From positions 310,001-374,000 of the forward strand of contig NC_043007.1 of the NCBI RefSeq assembly GCF_006345805.1: DNA of 64,000 bases. The letters are read 5' to 3'. Positions 29,410 to 42,210 of this stretch are shown here, piece after piece; position 1 is the first letter of the stretch, and the number at the start of each line of letters is the position of its first letter. The position numbers and the translations under genes are program-made. This DNA comes from Octopus sinensis (taxonomy: Eukaryota). The notes beneath the pieces are model-generated. The model saw only the letters and a list, made by a program, of their open reading frames with translations. It was not told the DNA's origin and ran no database searches.

Positions 29410-29998
29410 TTGGGTTGACAACTACGTTCCTGCCGGGTTTTTTTAAATTTTGGAATTCATTACGTTTTTAAATTTTGGAATCTATTTTGTTAGTTTTTTT
29501 TCTAGTTAATCTTAGTTATTTATTGTTTATTTTCAGATCATTAAAATGGAATGTCAAAAGTTAAGGAAAATGAGTATTTTCGACACCTCCTTCTTTTTGC
29601 TTTTAATCAAAGTTCTAAGGCTACAAAAGCTGCTCGCGAAATTTGTGATGTGTATGGAGAAGGTGCCATAGCTGAAAGAACCGCTCGTGAATGGAATGCC
29701 AACTTTAAAATGGAAATTTGAACCTCAAAGACACACCTCGTTCTGACCATCAAGTTCAGTTCAATGAAGAGCGATTAAACTAACTTTTGAACGAAAATTC
29801 TCGTCAAACGGCAAGGGAGCTGGAAGAGAAAATGAAAAGCTCCTACATTGCTATAGAGAAGCATCTTCACTCGATGGGAAAAGTTCAGAAGTACGGAGCA
29901 TGGGTCCCGCATGCTTTACATGACAACAACAAAAATCAACGAGCCACAATCTCCGCTGGTTTGCTTGCTCGTCACCGCTCAACTCATGGACACATTTA
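29410..29998 (+). pseudogene. Mariner element 5' half with transposase N-terminal remnant
   Basis: TA|ttgggttgacaac left end; YFRHLLLFAFN...AAREICDVYGEGAIAERTAREW; RQTARELEE...HLHSMGKVQKYGAWVPHAL (WVPHEL motif). The catalytic domain is missing. Confidence 0.9.
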
Positions 29999-31293
29999 GA
30001 GAGAAAAATTCGCTTTTAAATAACATAAAACATTTTGCCAGCGGGTTTCATTCTCCGTGGAAGTTTAAATTTTAAAAAAATAAAATAAACGCTCGTCCCA
30101 ATACATAATTCCAGGATATGGATCATCGCCACTGATCAAACACCAACTCATGACCTGTCGACAAACAGAATGGCATTGAAATAATTCGGCACGAAGCAAT
30201 GTTTTCCAGTAATTTGACGAAAACTATAAAACCGGTTCCTTCCCTAACAGTTTTTAATCAAATTTCAGGAAAGTGCTCATTTCGCTAATTTAGCCATTAG
30301 CGCTCCTATCAAGTTAATTGCAATATTATAACCCTTGAAACTTAGCTGGTTGATCTCTGCACAGGTTTCCTTGGATTAATCCAACCTGCTCACTTTGTAT
30401 GTGAAGCGGCATCGCTATGTTAAGTTTTTTCAGTGTTGTTTCGTACACTTTAATGAAGCATTTCTTATGTAAAGAAACAGCTGTAATTTTCATGTGACAC
30501 TAACATATATTACCGCCAATTGACCAGACTTGTTCGCTATGTGTGAGAATCATAACAGCGCTGCCTATTTTTTTTTTAGGGTTGTTTAGAACATGTTAAA
30601 AATATCCTTTCTATGAATATAAATTAACAGCTGTTATTTTAATGTAAATTATATTAAAACATCGATCGAAAGCGCCAATTTTAGATCGAAAAGATTAACT
30701 GTCATTAACGTAGCATTTGCATTAAAATGTCTGTGTGTGCGGATGTGTATGATTGTGTCTGTGTGGCTGTGCAGATGTGCGCGCCATCATGTGTGTAATC
30801 AAAGAAATATTCATGTGTTCATGTGCATATTTTGTCTTTATTTTCTTTTAATATGTTTTTGCGTCGCACTTCGACAGTTCAATGGCTGGCACTAGTAAAC
30901 CATTAAAGCAGTAAAACAGACACTTGGATTTTAATAAATATTATTTGATCGACGTAAAAGCGACATATATTTCTGACAACGACAGACCAATCCCGAGGAC
31001 TTGTTTATTTAGAAATTATGCGTAAATCTGTTCAGTATGTCTAGTAAGAATTGAATAAAGTTGAGATGCATCTACCACATATAAACGTTTCAAGGAAATA
31101 GAAATTACACAATACGTTAAAACTGTCATCTTAAGACTTATTTTGAAACTTGAATTATTTTCAAATAAGATCGTGATTGAGGCCAACATCCATCTTCAAA
31201 AACAAAAATCTGTTTACTTTCTTTAAATATAGAAGCTGATTATTATGAATTAGAGGAGCTTGTTTTTTGTACCAAATATAGAAGTATTTACTA

Positions 31294-31494
31294 TTTTATT
31301 CATTTACTCTTTTATTTGCTTCAGTCATTTGACTGTGGCCATGCTGGAGCACCGCCTTTAAGTCGAGCAAATAGACCCCATGACTTATTCTTTGTAAGCC
31401 TAGTACTTATTCTATGGGTCTCTTTTTGCCGAATCGCTAACTTACGGGGACGTAAATACACCAGCATCGGTTGTCAAGCGATGTTGGGGGGACA
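31294..31494 (-). mobile_element. SINE family A, 3' half
   Basis: Tail and body up to gatgttggggggacaa. Confidence 0.8.
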
Positions 31495-32129
31495 ATTTGG
31501 CAAAGTAGCAGCCGTGAAGGGGGACTAAATGAGAGACAACATGGGGGTGTAATGTGATTTTTATCCACATGTTTTTTTAAATTTTTGTACCCCCGTGAAG
31601 TAAAGTTCTTAACCACACAATTTCAACAACGCATATAATATTACTTTTCTTTGGAGTAATCTTGAAATATATTTTACCTTTTACCGAATTTCTTTTTGCT
31701 GCGACTATTTTGGAAATGAGAAAATAAAAAAAAATTTTTTAATCACTTCGTGAGCAAACACGAATATAATCGATAACTGCACATTCAAACAAAGACGTTT
31801 GGAAAAAAAAGCAATCCATTAATAACAATTTTATGTGAGTAACTTTAAGTAAAATTGTAGTTAGATTTAATAAAATTTTTCAACTGATGAATTATTTTTT
31901 GACACCTGCGTTTGAAATCTTCTCTTAACCCTTGAGGAAATAACACGAAAGTAATTCATTAAAACTGGTGCCACACGATCAAAATGTTGATTAATTCAGG
32001 CCGTTCAGGTTTGAAAAAACCTGCTAAATTATATTCACTAATTACATGACATAAATTTTCATTTTGAAATTAGGTACAAATATTGATATCGAGTAACATC
32101 GTCGAGTAAAGTAACCCCTATAAGGTATT

Positions 32130-32694
32130 TATAGATGTTTTCGATCTAGTTTGGATTCTTTGCGATCAAATTTGAATTTTTCAATTGGTGCTCAAGCCTT
32201 GAAAAAAAAGAGAGAGTTAAACTACATCAGCCGTAAGGGATTACATGTCTATCTTATCTAACTCGTCCAGTAGAACCCACCAATTGATATCTAGAAAGTT
32301 CGATGAAATAACTCATGATCACTGCGATAGCTTCTACCAAAAGATGCTCCGTTCCGAACCGGTCTGAACAAGGGGAAATAATAGAAAGAGTCATTCGTTT
32401 ATTATCTCCCCTTGTTCAGACCGGTCGACGTAACGGAGCATCTTTTGGTAGAAGATATCGCAGTGTTCATGAGTTATTTCATCGAACTTTCCAGATATCA
32501 ATTGGTGGGCTCCACTGGACGAGTGAAGATAGACATGTATTCCATTACGGCTGATGTAGTTTAACTCTCTCTCTTTTTTTCAAGGCTTGAGCACCAATTG
32601 AAAAATTCAAATTTAATTGCAAAGAATTCAAATTTGATTGCAAAGAATTCAAATTTCATGGCAAAGAATGAAAATTAGATCAAAAACATCTATA
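32130..32694. mobile_element. ~560-bp foldback (palindromic) non-autonomous element
   Basis: Left arm ~32130-32383 is the reverse complement of right arm ~32400-32694, with a ~16-nt spacer. The right arm carries extra tandem copies of gcaaagaattcaaattt. Confidence 0.85.
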
Positions 32695-34039
32695 TATTTA
32701 ATTGAGCCGGCTCGTTATGTTCTGAGCTTAAAATTGAGCGAGATCAACGTTTCCTCTTATTCCTCCAATGTCGATAAATTCAAATATCAGTAAATTTCTG
32801 GGGATTATGGTATCGACTTTGCCTCTCCCCTTAAAACCGCTGTAATTGTACCTAAATTAGAAACCGATGTATATAATCAGGCCGATGTGTCTATATTGTC
32901 ACTGAGTTTGCTGAAAATCACAACTTACTGCCCTAAACAAAATGAAACACTGTTTATTGTAGCCTGGAGTACATCATAGCCGAGAAAAATCAACGGGGTC
33001 ACCACATTCGTATCTGGTTGATCAAGAAATATCAGACCTTACAACTGACTGCAATTGCCGGCCTTTTACCTAAATTAGAGATAACAATTTAATGATGTAT
33101 CAACCTTGAAGAGTAAGACTGTCTCAGCAGATTCTGAACCTCTATTATGCAGTCAGAATACTGGATACCGTAAAACATTTAGTGCAACAGTTTCTCGAAT
33201 AATTTTTATCTTTTAGAGTACCTCTTTGAATCTTAAAGTACCAGATTTTTCTTTATGTAACCTAGAACGTTACGAAACCAGAAACCGGATTCTATTTGGT
33301 CTGTTTTCAACGCCAAAGTATCACACATCATAAGATTGCTTCCTAACAAAGATACAAAGCTACAGATTTTTGGTAGGAAAATTATACATCGTCCTCTGTA
33401 TTTGATTAGTGGAATATTTTAACAACCTATAAAGGTGAAACGAAGTAAATTAAACCGTCGGGATTTGAATGTATTCAGATCGGAAAGCCACAGCACTGAA
33501 AGGCATTTTTTCCATCGTTTTAACAAGTCTACCAATCTATTCCCTCCCTATACCAAAACAATATAGATTTGCGTTAAATTATTGCAGTAAAGTTTCTTCA
33601 AGGTAGAATCAGCTGCTACACAAGCTAAGGTCAAGTTACCTTTCATGAAGCTACCTCGTCTATATTCCCCCAATTCTTCCACTCACACTAACAAATAGTC
33701 AAATATCACTCAATCGCTCGCTGTCTTATTTACTTATGCTCTGATATGAAATCGTCCTTCATTCCGTCTCTCTTTCCCGTTCGTTCTTTCTCTGACCCCC
33801 ACACTCTCCTTCGTCCCTCGTTCTCATTACCATATATACATGTGCACAAACACATACAGCCATTCACTTACTTCTCATATATATACGTACACGATACTTC
33901 AAACAGAAAGTTTCTATGACAGGTAATCACCGATCTCCACACACAAAAGTCCTGTATGTTTTAAATCCAACACTCTCTTCAGCATCGCCACCATGTTTGG
34001 ATTTATCTGCGTGATGTACATGTATGTATATTCGTGTGC

Positions 34040-34170
34040 ATATACATACATACCCTCATACATACAAACGTAAATACATACATACATGCGTACGTACATG
34101 CACACATACATACATACATACATACATACATACATACATACATACATACATGCATAAATACATACATACA

Positions 34171-34204
<34 letters not shown>

Positions 34205-34216
34205 CATACATACATG

Positions 34217-34248
<32 letters not shown>

Positions 34249-34382
34249 CATACATATATACATACATAAAATACATACATGCATACATACATACATACAT
34301 ACATACATACATACATACATACATACATACATACATACATACATGCATACATACATAAAGACATACATACATACATACATAC
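34040..34382. repeat. (TACA)n tetranucleotide array
   Basis: About 340 bp of TACA with variants. Confidence 0.95.
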
Positions 34383-34522
34383 AAATATATATGACAGAAA
34401 ATGACAGAGCGAGGGAGAGAGACAGAACTGTTCTTTATACAATGTTATTAGTATTGATACATACATTCTCTCTCCCCCATTCTCTCCTTCTCTTTCTTTT
34501 TCTCTCACACACATATATACAT

Positions 34523-34940
34523 ATTCTCTTTTATTCTTTTACTCTTTTACTTGTTTCAGTCTTTTGACTGTGGACATGCGGGAGCACCGTCTTTAATCGA
34601 GAAAATCGATCCCAGGACTTATTCCTTGTAAGCCTAGTATCGGTCTGCTTTGCCGAACTGCTAAGTTACGGGGACGTAAACACACCAGCATCGGTTGTCA
34701 AGCGATGTTGGGGGACAAACACAGAAACTCAAACATACACACCCCCACACACACACACACACACATATGTATATATACGACGGTCTTCTTTCAGTTTCCG
34801 TTTACCAAATCCACTCACAAGGCTTTGGTCGGCGTGAAACTATAGTAGAAGACACTTGCCCAAGGTACCATGCAATGGGACTGAACCTGGAGCCATGTGG
34901 TTGGTAAGCAAGCTACTTACCACACACCCAATCCTACGCC
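34523..34940 (-). mobile_element. SINE family A
   Basis: All family A blocks are present. Confidence 0.88.
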
Positions 34941-35022
<82 letters not shown>

Positions 35023-35305
35023 CATACATTCATATACACATAAACATATATAAATTACACACACACATGCATACGGCACACATGTATGCATGCATGTATC
35101 TTTTGAAGCCTTTTATCGGTGAAATTATAATCTTTTCATAAGCATTTTAATGCTATCTAAACTAAACACTTTAATAAACAATACACACACACACACACCA
35201 CACACACACAGACACACAGACACACACACACACACACACGAGCGCGCACATAGGCATGTATGCCTGCATGTCTAGTGAAATATATATATAGTTATGTATT
35301 ATATA

Positions 35306-35388
<83 letters not shown>

Positions 35389-35950
35389 CATATATATATA
35401 AATGTGTGTGGGTGGACCTGTAGGAGTGTGGAGTGTGTATCTATGCATGTATGAAATATATAATAACTTACGATCATTTTATCGAACAAACGTTTGTTTT
35501 TAGTAGAAAAAGAAAGGAATTTTAAAATATTTCCCAAGAAATAAAGATGGTATGTAATAATATTTTCTAGGTGATTTGAAACGAATGTTTGCCAACATTA
35601 TTTTAACTACCAATATGTTTATCATTATTATGCTTCCTTTTTAAAAATAAATATTATGTAAACAGTTACGAAATACCATGTATTAAATATCCTACATGAA
35701 TTAATAAAGCGAATAAGCATTGTATCTCATGGTGGCAGTAGAGATTACACAACAAATATAACAAGAACATCAATGGTGAAAATGACAATAATAATAGCTC
35801 TACACCAGCATAATGTTTAAATATAGTATTTCTAAGCAAACGTTAGCATTTACCTTGTAACTATGTATTTACATTTCACTTAAATATATCATATGAAACT
35901 AAACATTCTATTAATAAAGTGAACAGTGTAAATAGTAACTGTTGCTCATA

Positions 35951-36993
35951 ATGTTTCACTGTTGCTATGAATTTTACACACCTTCATTAATTCCTGCTTT
36001 AAGATTTCCGTCTATTTTAATATTCTAACATCGTTGATTTGCATCTAAAAAAAAATCTTGGCCATTTTTAAAACTCTCAATTTAGATTCAATTTGATGTA
36101 ATAGCTACTATTAAACATCAGATCAAACCAAACCAGTTTTATATTGTTTATGAACAAACAACTAGTTCTTTGCTCTTGTATGATGCGATATTATCTGTCT
36201 TCGTTTTCAGAAATATTGGATAACAGCATTGCAAATGGAAAAGAATAAAAGTGAGCTTTCAGTGACGTTGATGATGTTTGTCGTGGCCCGAATAATTGAA
36301 TGTCCAAGTAAACATTATTTCAAACTTCGATTTGAATCTGTGAATGATTTTCACTGAAATGTCTGCATACTTCTTTTGTTATTCTAAGATCTTCGATAAG
36401 CGAGTAAATCTATGATTCACTGAGAAGCTGTCATAAAGCTGAAACATGTCAGATAGATTATCACATTTACAAAAGATCAGGACCTGCGGGCAGGTTTTTA
36501 TCTTTGATATTAATATGAAACTCGGATTTTACTCCTTGATCCTGTTGCCATGAATTATCATTGAATCTAAATTTGATTAAACAGTTCTTGTTCACACCTA
36601 ATGTAGATAGTTCTTGTACGATAACACGTAGTGCATTATATGTTCTCCGCGTAGATGGCACACGCGTAGATGGTACACGCGTAGAAGGCGTTTTCTCGTA
36701 TCAATATTTGTTTTTCTTGTTTATTAGGTGGTGAAACGGTAGAGTCGTTAAAGCGATGGATGAAATTACTCGCAGTAGTTCTTTGGAATCTCTTCTCTCT
36801 GAGTTAGAATACAACTGAGGTCATCTTTTCATATCTTCCTTTCGGAAACGATAGAAATTCCCATGAAAAGTTTTATAAATGGCCAAGACTTTTTTTTCGA
36901 TGCAAATCAACGATATTAGAATATTAAAATAGACAGAAATCTTAGACCAAGAATTAATGAAGGTGGGTAAAATTCATAGCAACAGTGAAACAT
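35951..36993. repeat. Inverted repeat with ~130-bp arms (35951-36079 and 36864-36993) and a ~785-bp spacer
   Basis: atgtttcactgttgctatgaattttac...cttggccattt occurs on + at 35951 and on - from 36993; about 10 differences by manual alignment. Confidence 0.92.
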
Positions 36994-37191
36994 GGGTCGA
37001 TGGATTGACTGAAGGCATCGACGCTGGAGCAACGTGTGTTACAGTATTTGTTTCCGGTCTTTGCAATTTAAAAACAACGCCTGTGATGGCACAGGTGCCA
37101 AGATGTACTTCCCGAGTCGATGGCCTTTCCCTTGGTTTAACCCCAGGGTCAGGGAAAGAGGAAGCTTGCATGTATCCGAAACTCAGATTTT
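36974..37191 (-). CDS. Candidate terminal coding exon of an unidentified host gene
   Basis: Acceptor caattttcAG (AG at 37193-37192), phase 1, then (E)NLSFGYMQASSFPDPGVKPRERPSTREVHLGTCAITGVVFKLQRPETNTVTHVAPASMPSVNPSTHVSLLL* ending in TGA. The sequence is unique and GC-richer than its flanks. No family recognised and no upstream exon identified. Confidence 0.5.
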
Positions 37192-38094
37192 CTGAAAATT
37201 GTTGCCTAGCTTTGCTCATATACCTGCCAATGTATGGCCGGTCTTGACTGACGAAGGCCTTCCAGCTTATACACATAAAGTTTTGTTTGTGAAAAATCAA
37301 TACTCGGTATCTATGAAATATCTGAACTGTACCAATTTTATTCTCCAATCAGAAGGATGATCTAATAAATACTACTTCAAATGTTAAGTTATCAAGGAAA
37401 CGACTAAACCTGATTGGCAAGCATGATTTAGCAGCATTTTGCAGCGTCAGCGACTAGATTTGAACACACAAGATTTGATACAGAAACCACCATTTTCTCT
37501 TTTCACTCGTTTTCATTATAGTATTTCCTCTCCAGCAACACCAGTGCACTGAATCTAGCGGCGATAGAAAATATAATTTGTACACAAACTCGAGAACACA
37601 CATTCGGGAGGCGGTACTATTTGATTAAATCGAACCCAGTACTTGTCGAAGCAAATCAAGGTCAAGATATGGTTCAAATTCTTGACAAGAAATTTCACCT
37701 AGCGTTTCTAATAAATTACTATGCTAATGCTCACTTTCAGTTTGCATCTCGCTTCTGCTGCCAAGGCTTGGAGTCTGCACAAGAAATCAATATACTTTAA
37801 TCCAGTAAAATGTTATTTTCGATTGAAATAGTATGTGGATCGCTCTGTGTTTATATTTCTTTTACATCTTTCCAAATAGTTACATTGTTAGACGTTGGTA
37901 ACAATTTATGTTAAACAACTCTGGTCTGACAAAATTATTTTACGCTAAAACCAAAACTGAAGCATTTTACGTAATTATTTCGAAGAACCGATCATATAAA
38001 CTAATAATGTCCATCTCGGCAACCTGGTTAACTCTGAGAAGATTTCATTGGATTAAACTTAATGCCTAAACATTAAATAGTCCCAAGTTCATTA

Positions 38095-38097
38095 TTC

Positions 38098-38129
<32 letters not shown>

Positions 38130-38303
38130 TATCTTCTTTCCTTCTTTCTTCCGTACCTTCTTTCTTTCTTCTTCTTTTCTTTTTTCCTTTCTTTCATCTT
38201 CTTTTTCTTTCTTTCCTTCTTTCTTCTTTCTTCCTTCTTCCTTCCTTCTTTATTCTTTCTTTCTTTCTTCTTTCTTTCCTTCTTTCTTCTTTCCTTCTTC
38301 TTT

Positions 38304-38345
<42 letters not shown>

Positions 38346-38351
38346 TTCCTT
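38095..38351. repeat. ~255-bp polypyrimidine (CTTT/CTT/CT) tract
   Basis: Almost purine-free on the + strand. Confidence 0.9.
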
Positions 38352-38480
38352 GCAGCACTGAAATGAAGATTTTGTTGTTTTTGTTGTCAGGGTGCTTTAT
38401 TTTCTTTTTAAATTATGTAAAGTGCGAAATACCGTTTCAAGAATATATATGATGAAAGGCAGTTTGCGAGAAAGTACATT

Positions 38481-38786
38481 GGATCTTCTCACTTTGACCG
38501 GCAGATTTTTAAAATAGTTTCTTCGTAACTAAACACTTTTAAAATTTGTATACTGGTAGAATGTGTTACATAAAACATCTTTTTCTCTTGGCTTTCTTGA
38601 GAAAATTCTGTAGTTTGTAAGCTATTTCTTGTTAAATTTCTTGCATTTCGGCAATTTCAACCAATCCATGACGTCTATTGAGGTGAATACAATTTCTGCG
38701 GTTGTCTGTACCAGTATACGAAGTTTAAAAGTGTTTAGTTACAAAGAAATTATTTTAAAAATCTGCCGGTCAAAGTGAAAAGATCC
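38481..38786. mobile_element. MITE with ~78-bp TIRs, GG...CC termini and 8-bp TSD (Merlin-like)
   Basis: TIRs ggatcttctcactttgaccggcagattttt...tatactggta / taccagtatac...aaaaatctgccggtcaaagtgaaaagatcc. TSD agtacatt (38473-38480) / agttcatt (38787-38794). Confidence 0.8.
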
Positions 38787-39019
38787 AGTTCATTAACTAA
38801 GGAATGATTGACGTTCTTTATTAATAAATATCCTTTATATATTTATGTATAATTAAACATATTTTGACTGTTTCTATTTACTACGCCTCCAGAGTATGTG
38901 TGCGCAATTTTGAGCCTGTAATTGTTTGTACTTACACTTCCAAATATAATTAAATCCACAAAGATAATTAATATAAACCACACACACACACACACATACA
39001 TACATACATACATACATAC

Positions 39020-39061
<42 letters not shown>

Positions 39062-39087
39062 ATACACTATACATATTTATTATACAT

Positions 39088-39130
<43 letters not shown>

Positions 39131-40304
39131 TATATATACATATATATACATATATATTTATTAAAATTTTTTGTATTGATTAAGTCTTTCCTTGTTTGTT
39201 TTGCAAAATAGTGGTTTTGTCTCTAATATATTTTATATATATATATCATATATATATATATATATATATGCCACACAGGTTTTCGTCTACTAAGTCCTTT
39301 TTAACTCTACTTCCCCCACAGTTGAATCGAAACCGCACCGAAAAGGTCACAGGGTGAGTTTCCTTAGAATCCATCCAATCGAAACTATTAGGCCTCGCAT
39401 TGATATACTTCGTTTGTATTCACTCAGCGGCTTAAGAGGATCTTTAGAAAATGCATTGTGCGTTTATTCTGAAGCTTCGCGTTCTTTGTTCGAATCCTAC
39501 CAAGGTCAGCTTTGCCATTCATCCCTCAGCGAGTCAATGCGATTAAGTACGAGTGAACCGGTGGAGTTCATTGAGTCGACTTTTATTCTTCCCGAGAAGA
39601 ATTGTTCCCGTGTTGGAAGTAATTATGTTATCGTACATTTCTAAACATTGTTGTTTTCTATTGAATACCGTTTTCTATTTGAACTTAAACATTATGGCCG
39701 CGCATGAAATAAATATCATGTAACAATACAGAAATTATATTATGTATTCGGTTCTTTATTCTGTATATTTTCAAGTTTAGTTAATCGTTTTAGTAAACCT
39801 AATCAGGATTACTTCCCCAGACTTGCACAAAAATACGAGCTGATACAAAATGTGTTCCACATGGCTTGTTTAAATTGCAAACAACTTAACCGGCATTAAA
39901 GGGATAACTATAGTTTCTTCTATTAGACAGCTAGCATCTAGTAAAGGAGATCCTTTAATAGTTTCAGTACGTATTTAATGTGGGGACACGAGAGGTTTAA
40001 AGTCGGTCACATCGCACGCAGTACTTATGTAAATATGCTTCATGTTAATCGAATCTCGAAGAACACTTTGACATAACGGGACACAATACCGGTGTATACT
40101 GGTAAACACACGCAAACACATATACACGCATTCACTTACATGTACACATGTGTATATGATGGACTTATGCTCAGTTAATATCTACAAAATTATATTTATA
40201 AGAGTTCTGGACATCTTAGGACTGCACTAGCATTAGATTGCTTTTCTCTTCAAAGCAAGACCTCAGACGATTATCACTAAAGATCTGCAAATTTCAGGCA
40301 AAAC

Positions 40305-40706
40305 AATTCTTATCTACGCTAGGTACAAGGCCCAAAATGGTGGGGGAGGGTCCAGTCGAGTAGATCAATCCCAGTACACAATTGCTACTTAATTTATCGA
40401 CCTCGAAAGGAGGAAAGGCAAAGTCGACCTCGGTAGAATTTGAACTCAGATCGTAGCGGCAGACGAAATACTTATTTCTTTATTACCCCAAAGGGGCTAA
40501 ACACAGAGGGGAAAAACAAGGACAGACAAACGGATTAAGTCGATTATATCGACTCCAGTGCGTAACTGGTACTTAAGTTATCGACCCCGAAGGGATGAAA
40601 GGCAAAGTCGACCTCGGCGGAATTTGAACTCAGAACGCAGCGTCAGACGAAATACCGCTAAGTATTTCGGTCCGGCATGTTAACGTTTCTGCCAGCTCGC
40701 CACCTT
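40305..40706 (-). mobile_element. SINE family B dimer
   Basis: The central domain is present twice with two different tails. Confidence 0.85.
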
Positions 40707-40749
40707 GTTCAGGCAAAACAATTACTGAAGCAAAGCTCACAAGGTTGCA

Positions 40750-41090
40750 AATAAAAACACATCAACCAAGGCAAAGGAGAAACACTCGACTAATTAGCAT
40801 AAGATCAACAGATTTCAAACGCCTGACCATCGATGTGTTGTCTTTTCTCTTTTTTGCCGTTTTTAAGATCTTCTACACGACCTCTGCACTTCGAAGAGCT
40901 TGTCTCCTACAACCGCCATTCGTATACCACCGGTTCACTATTCTCGCATCCTAACTTCCCCCATTTTGTGTTCATTCCATAGTCTCCACAGCAACCAATA
41001 CACCTCGTTCTTCATCAGAACGCGGGATCACTGCAATTCACCCACACATGCGCATCTACAAATCTTAACGGAATCACTATTACAGGTGTC
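40750..41090 (+). pseudogene. Decayed CR1/L2-group LINE ORF2 3' end
   Basis: DHRCVVFSLFCRF...DLCTS and SNQYTSFFIRTRDHCNSP resemble the HRR-x-V-x-x-L-x-L-F-Y-R and S-F-F-x-R-T-x-x-x-W-N-S-L-P motifs. Confidence 0.55.
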
Positions 41091-42160
41091 GAAAATCTGC
41101 AAAGGCCATGGGTATGGCACCATCTTTCAGTTCTCAAAAGTAGAAACAAATATTACTGTGCTCACAGGTGGAACCGGGTTCCACGTTGGTAGCAAAGCAA
41201 ACATATTTTCCTACAGTTCTTTGAGTCTGCTAATGCATTCTTAGCAGAATTAAAGCAAGTTATGAACTTGCTTTGATATACAGGTTTCCTAATCTCCAAA
41301 ATCCTCAGCAGACAATGTTGTGTGACAATTAATCAACTGATAAATATATAATAAATTCCACGAATTTACTCCTAAACCAAAGATAGAATTAAACTATGGA
41401 TGAGTTGATAAATCTCGTAAGAGATTATTATAGTTGTTGGCAACGTTACAAGTTGAAGTCAGTGAGCGAAAGACGCGAAGTGATTTATGAGAGATAAATA
41501 TGATAGAACTATGAGCTGGAATGGTTAAGTACTTAATTATATTACCCTGATACCTAAACTCCCCGGCTTTCTAGATTCACACCCACAATGCACCTGTTAC
41601 CTCGTTCCAGTTGATTTATTTCCGTCTTTAAATGAGATACATCAGTTTTGAAACAACGTCAATATCACCGGACGAATTCTAACAAAACAGTTTATTTAAT
41701 TCTTAGTCGAACGAAATTTCTAAAAGTGAAAATATAAACAAAGAATATTCTGGTGAGAAGAATGTATTTTAATGTTTATAATTTCCGAAACGGATTTACA
41801 GTTCGATCAGTAACGCTTAAAAAAGTTATACAACGAAACGTCTTAATATTTAGCAACGAATTTTTGTCTCCGGCGCATTTCTTTTCAGTTACTGACGTCA
41901 AAGTGTTTAATATTCCCAATGGAATATACATTTGATACGTTTTGCATACAGCAATAAAAAGTCTTTCCGTAAGCAAATACTCATAAGGTAATACAGAAAA
42001 TGGGAAGAAAGTAACATGCTTACTTGAAAATACTTGGAAAATAAAGCAAAAACGAAAAGGCAATAAAATAAAATCAAGTTTTTAGATATAGGCTAATCTG
42101 TGCTTAAAATTATATTGAAGAATTACATTAGGCAGTTGAAATCCAGTTCTTTTGTAATGT

Positions 42161-42210
<50 letters not shown>

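Noticed and set aside
36957-37247. Plus-strand 96-aa ORF overlapping the candidate exon
   Set aside because: Most likely the antisense shadow of the minus-strand frame, which has the splice acceptor.
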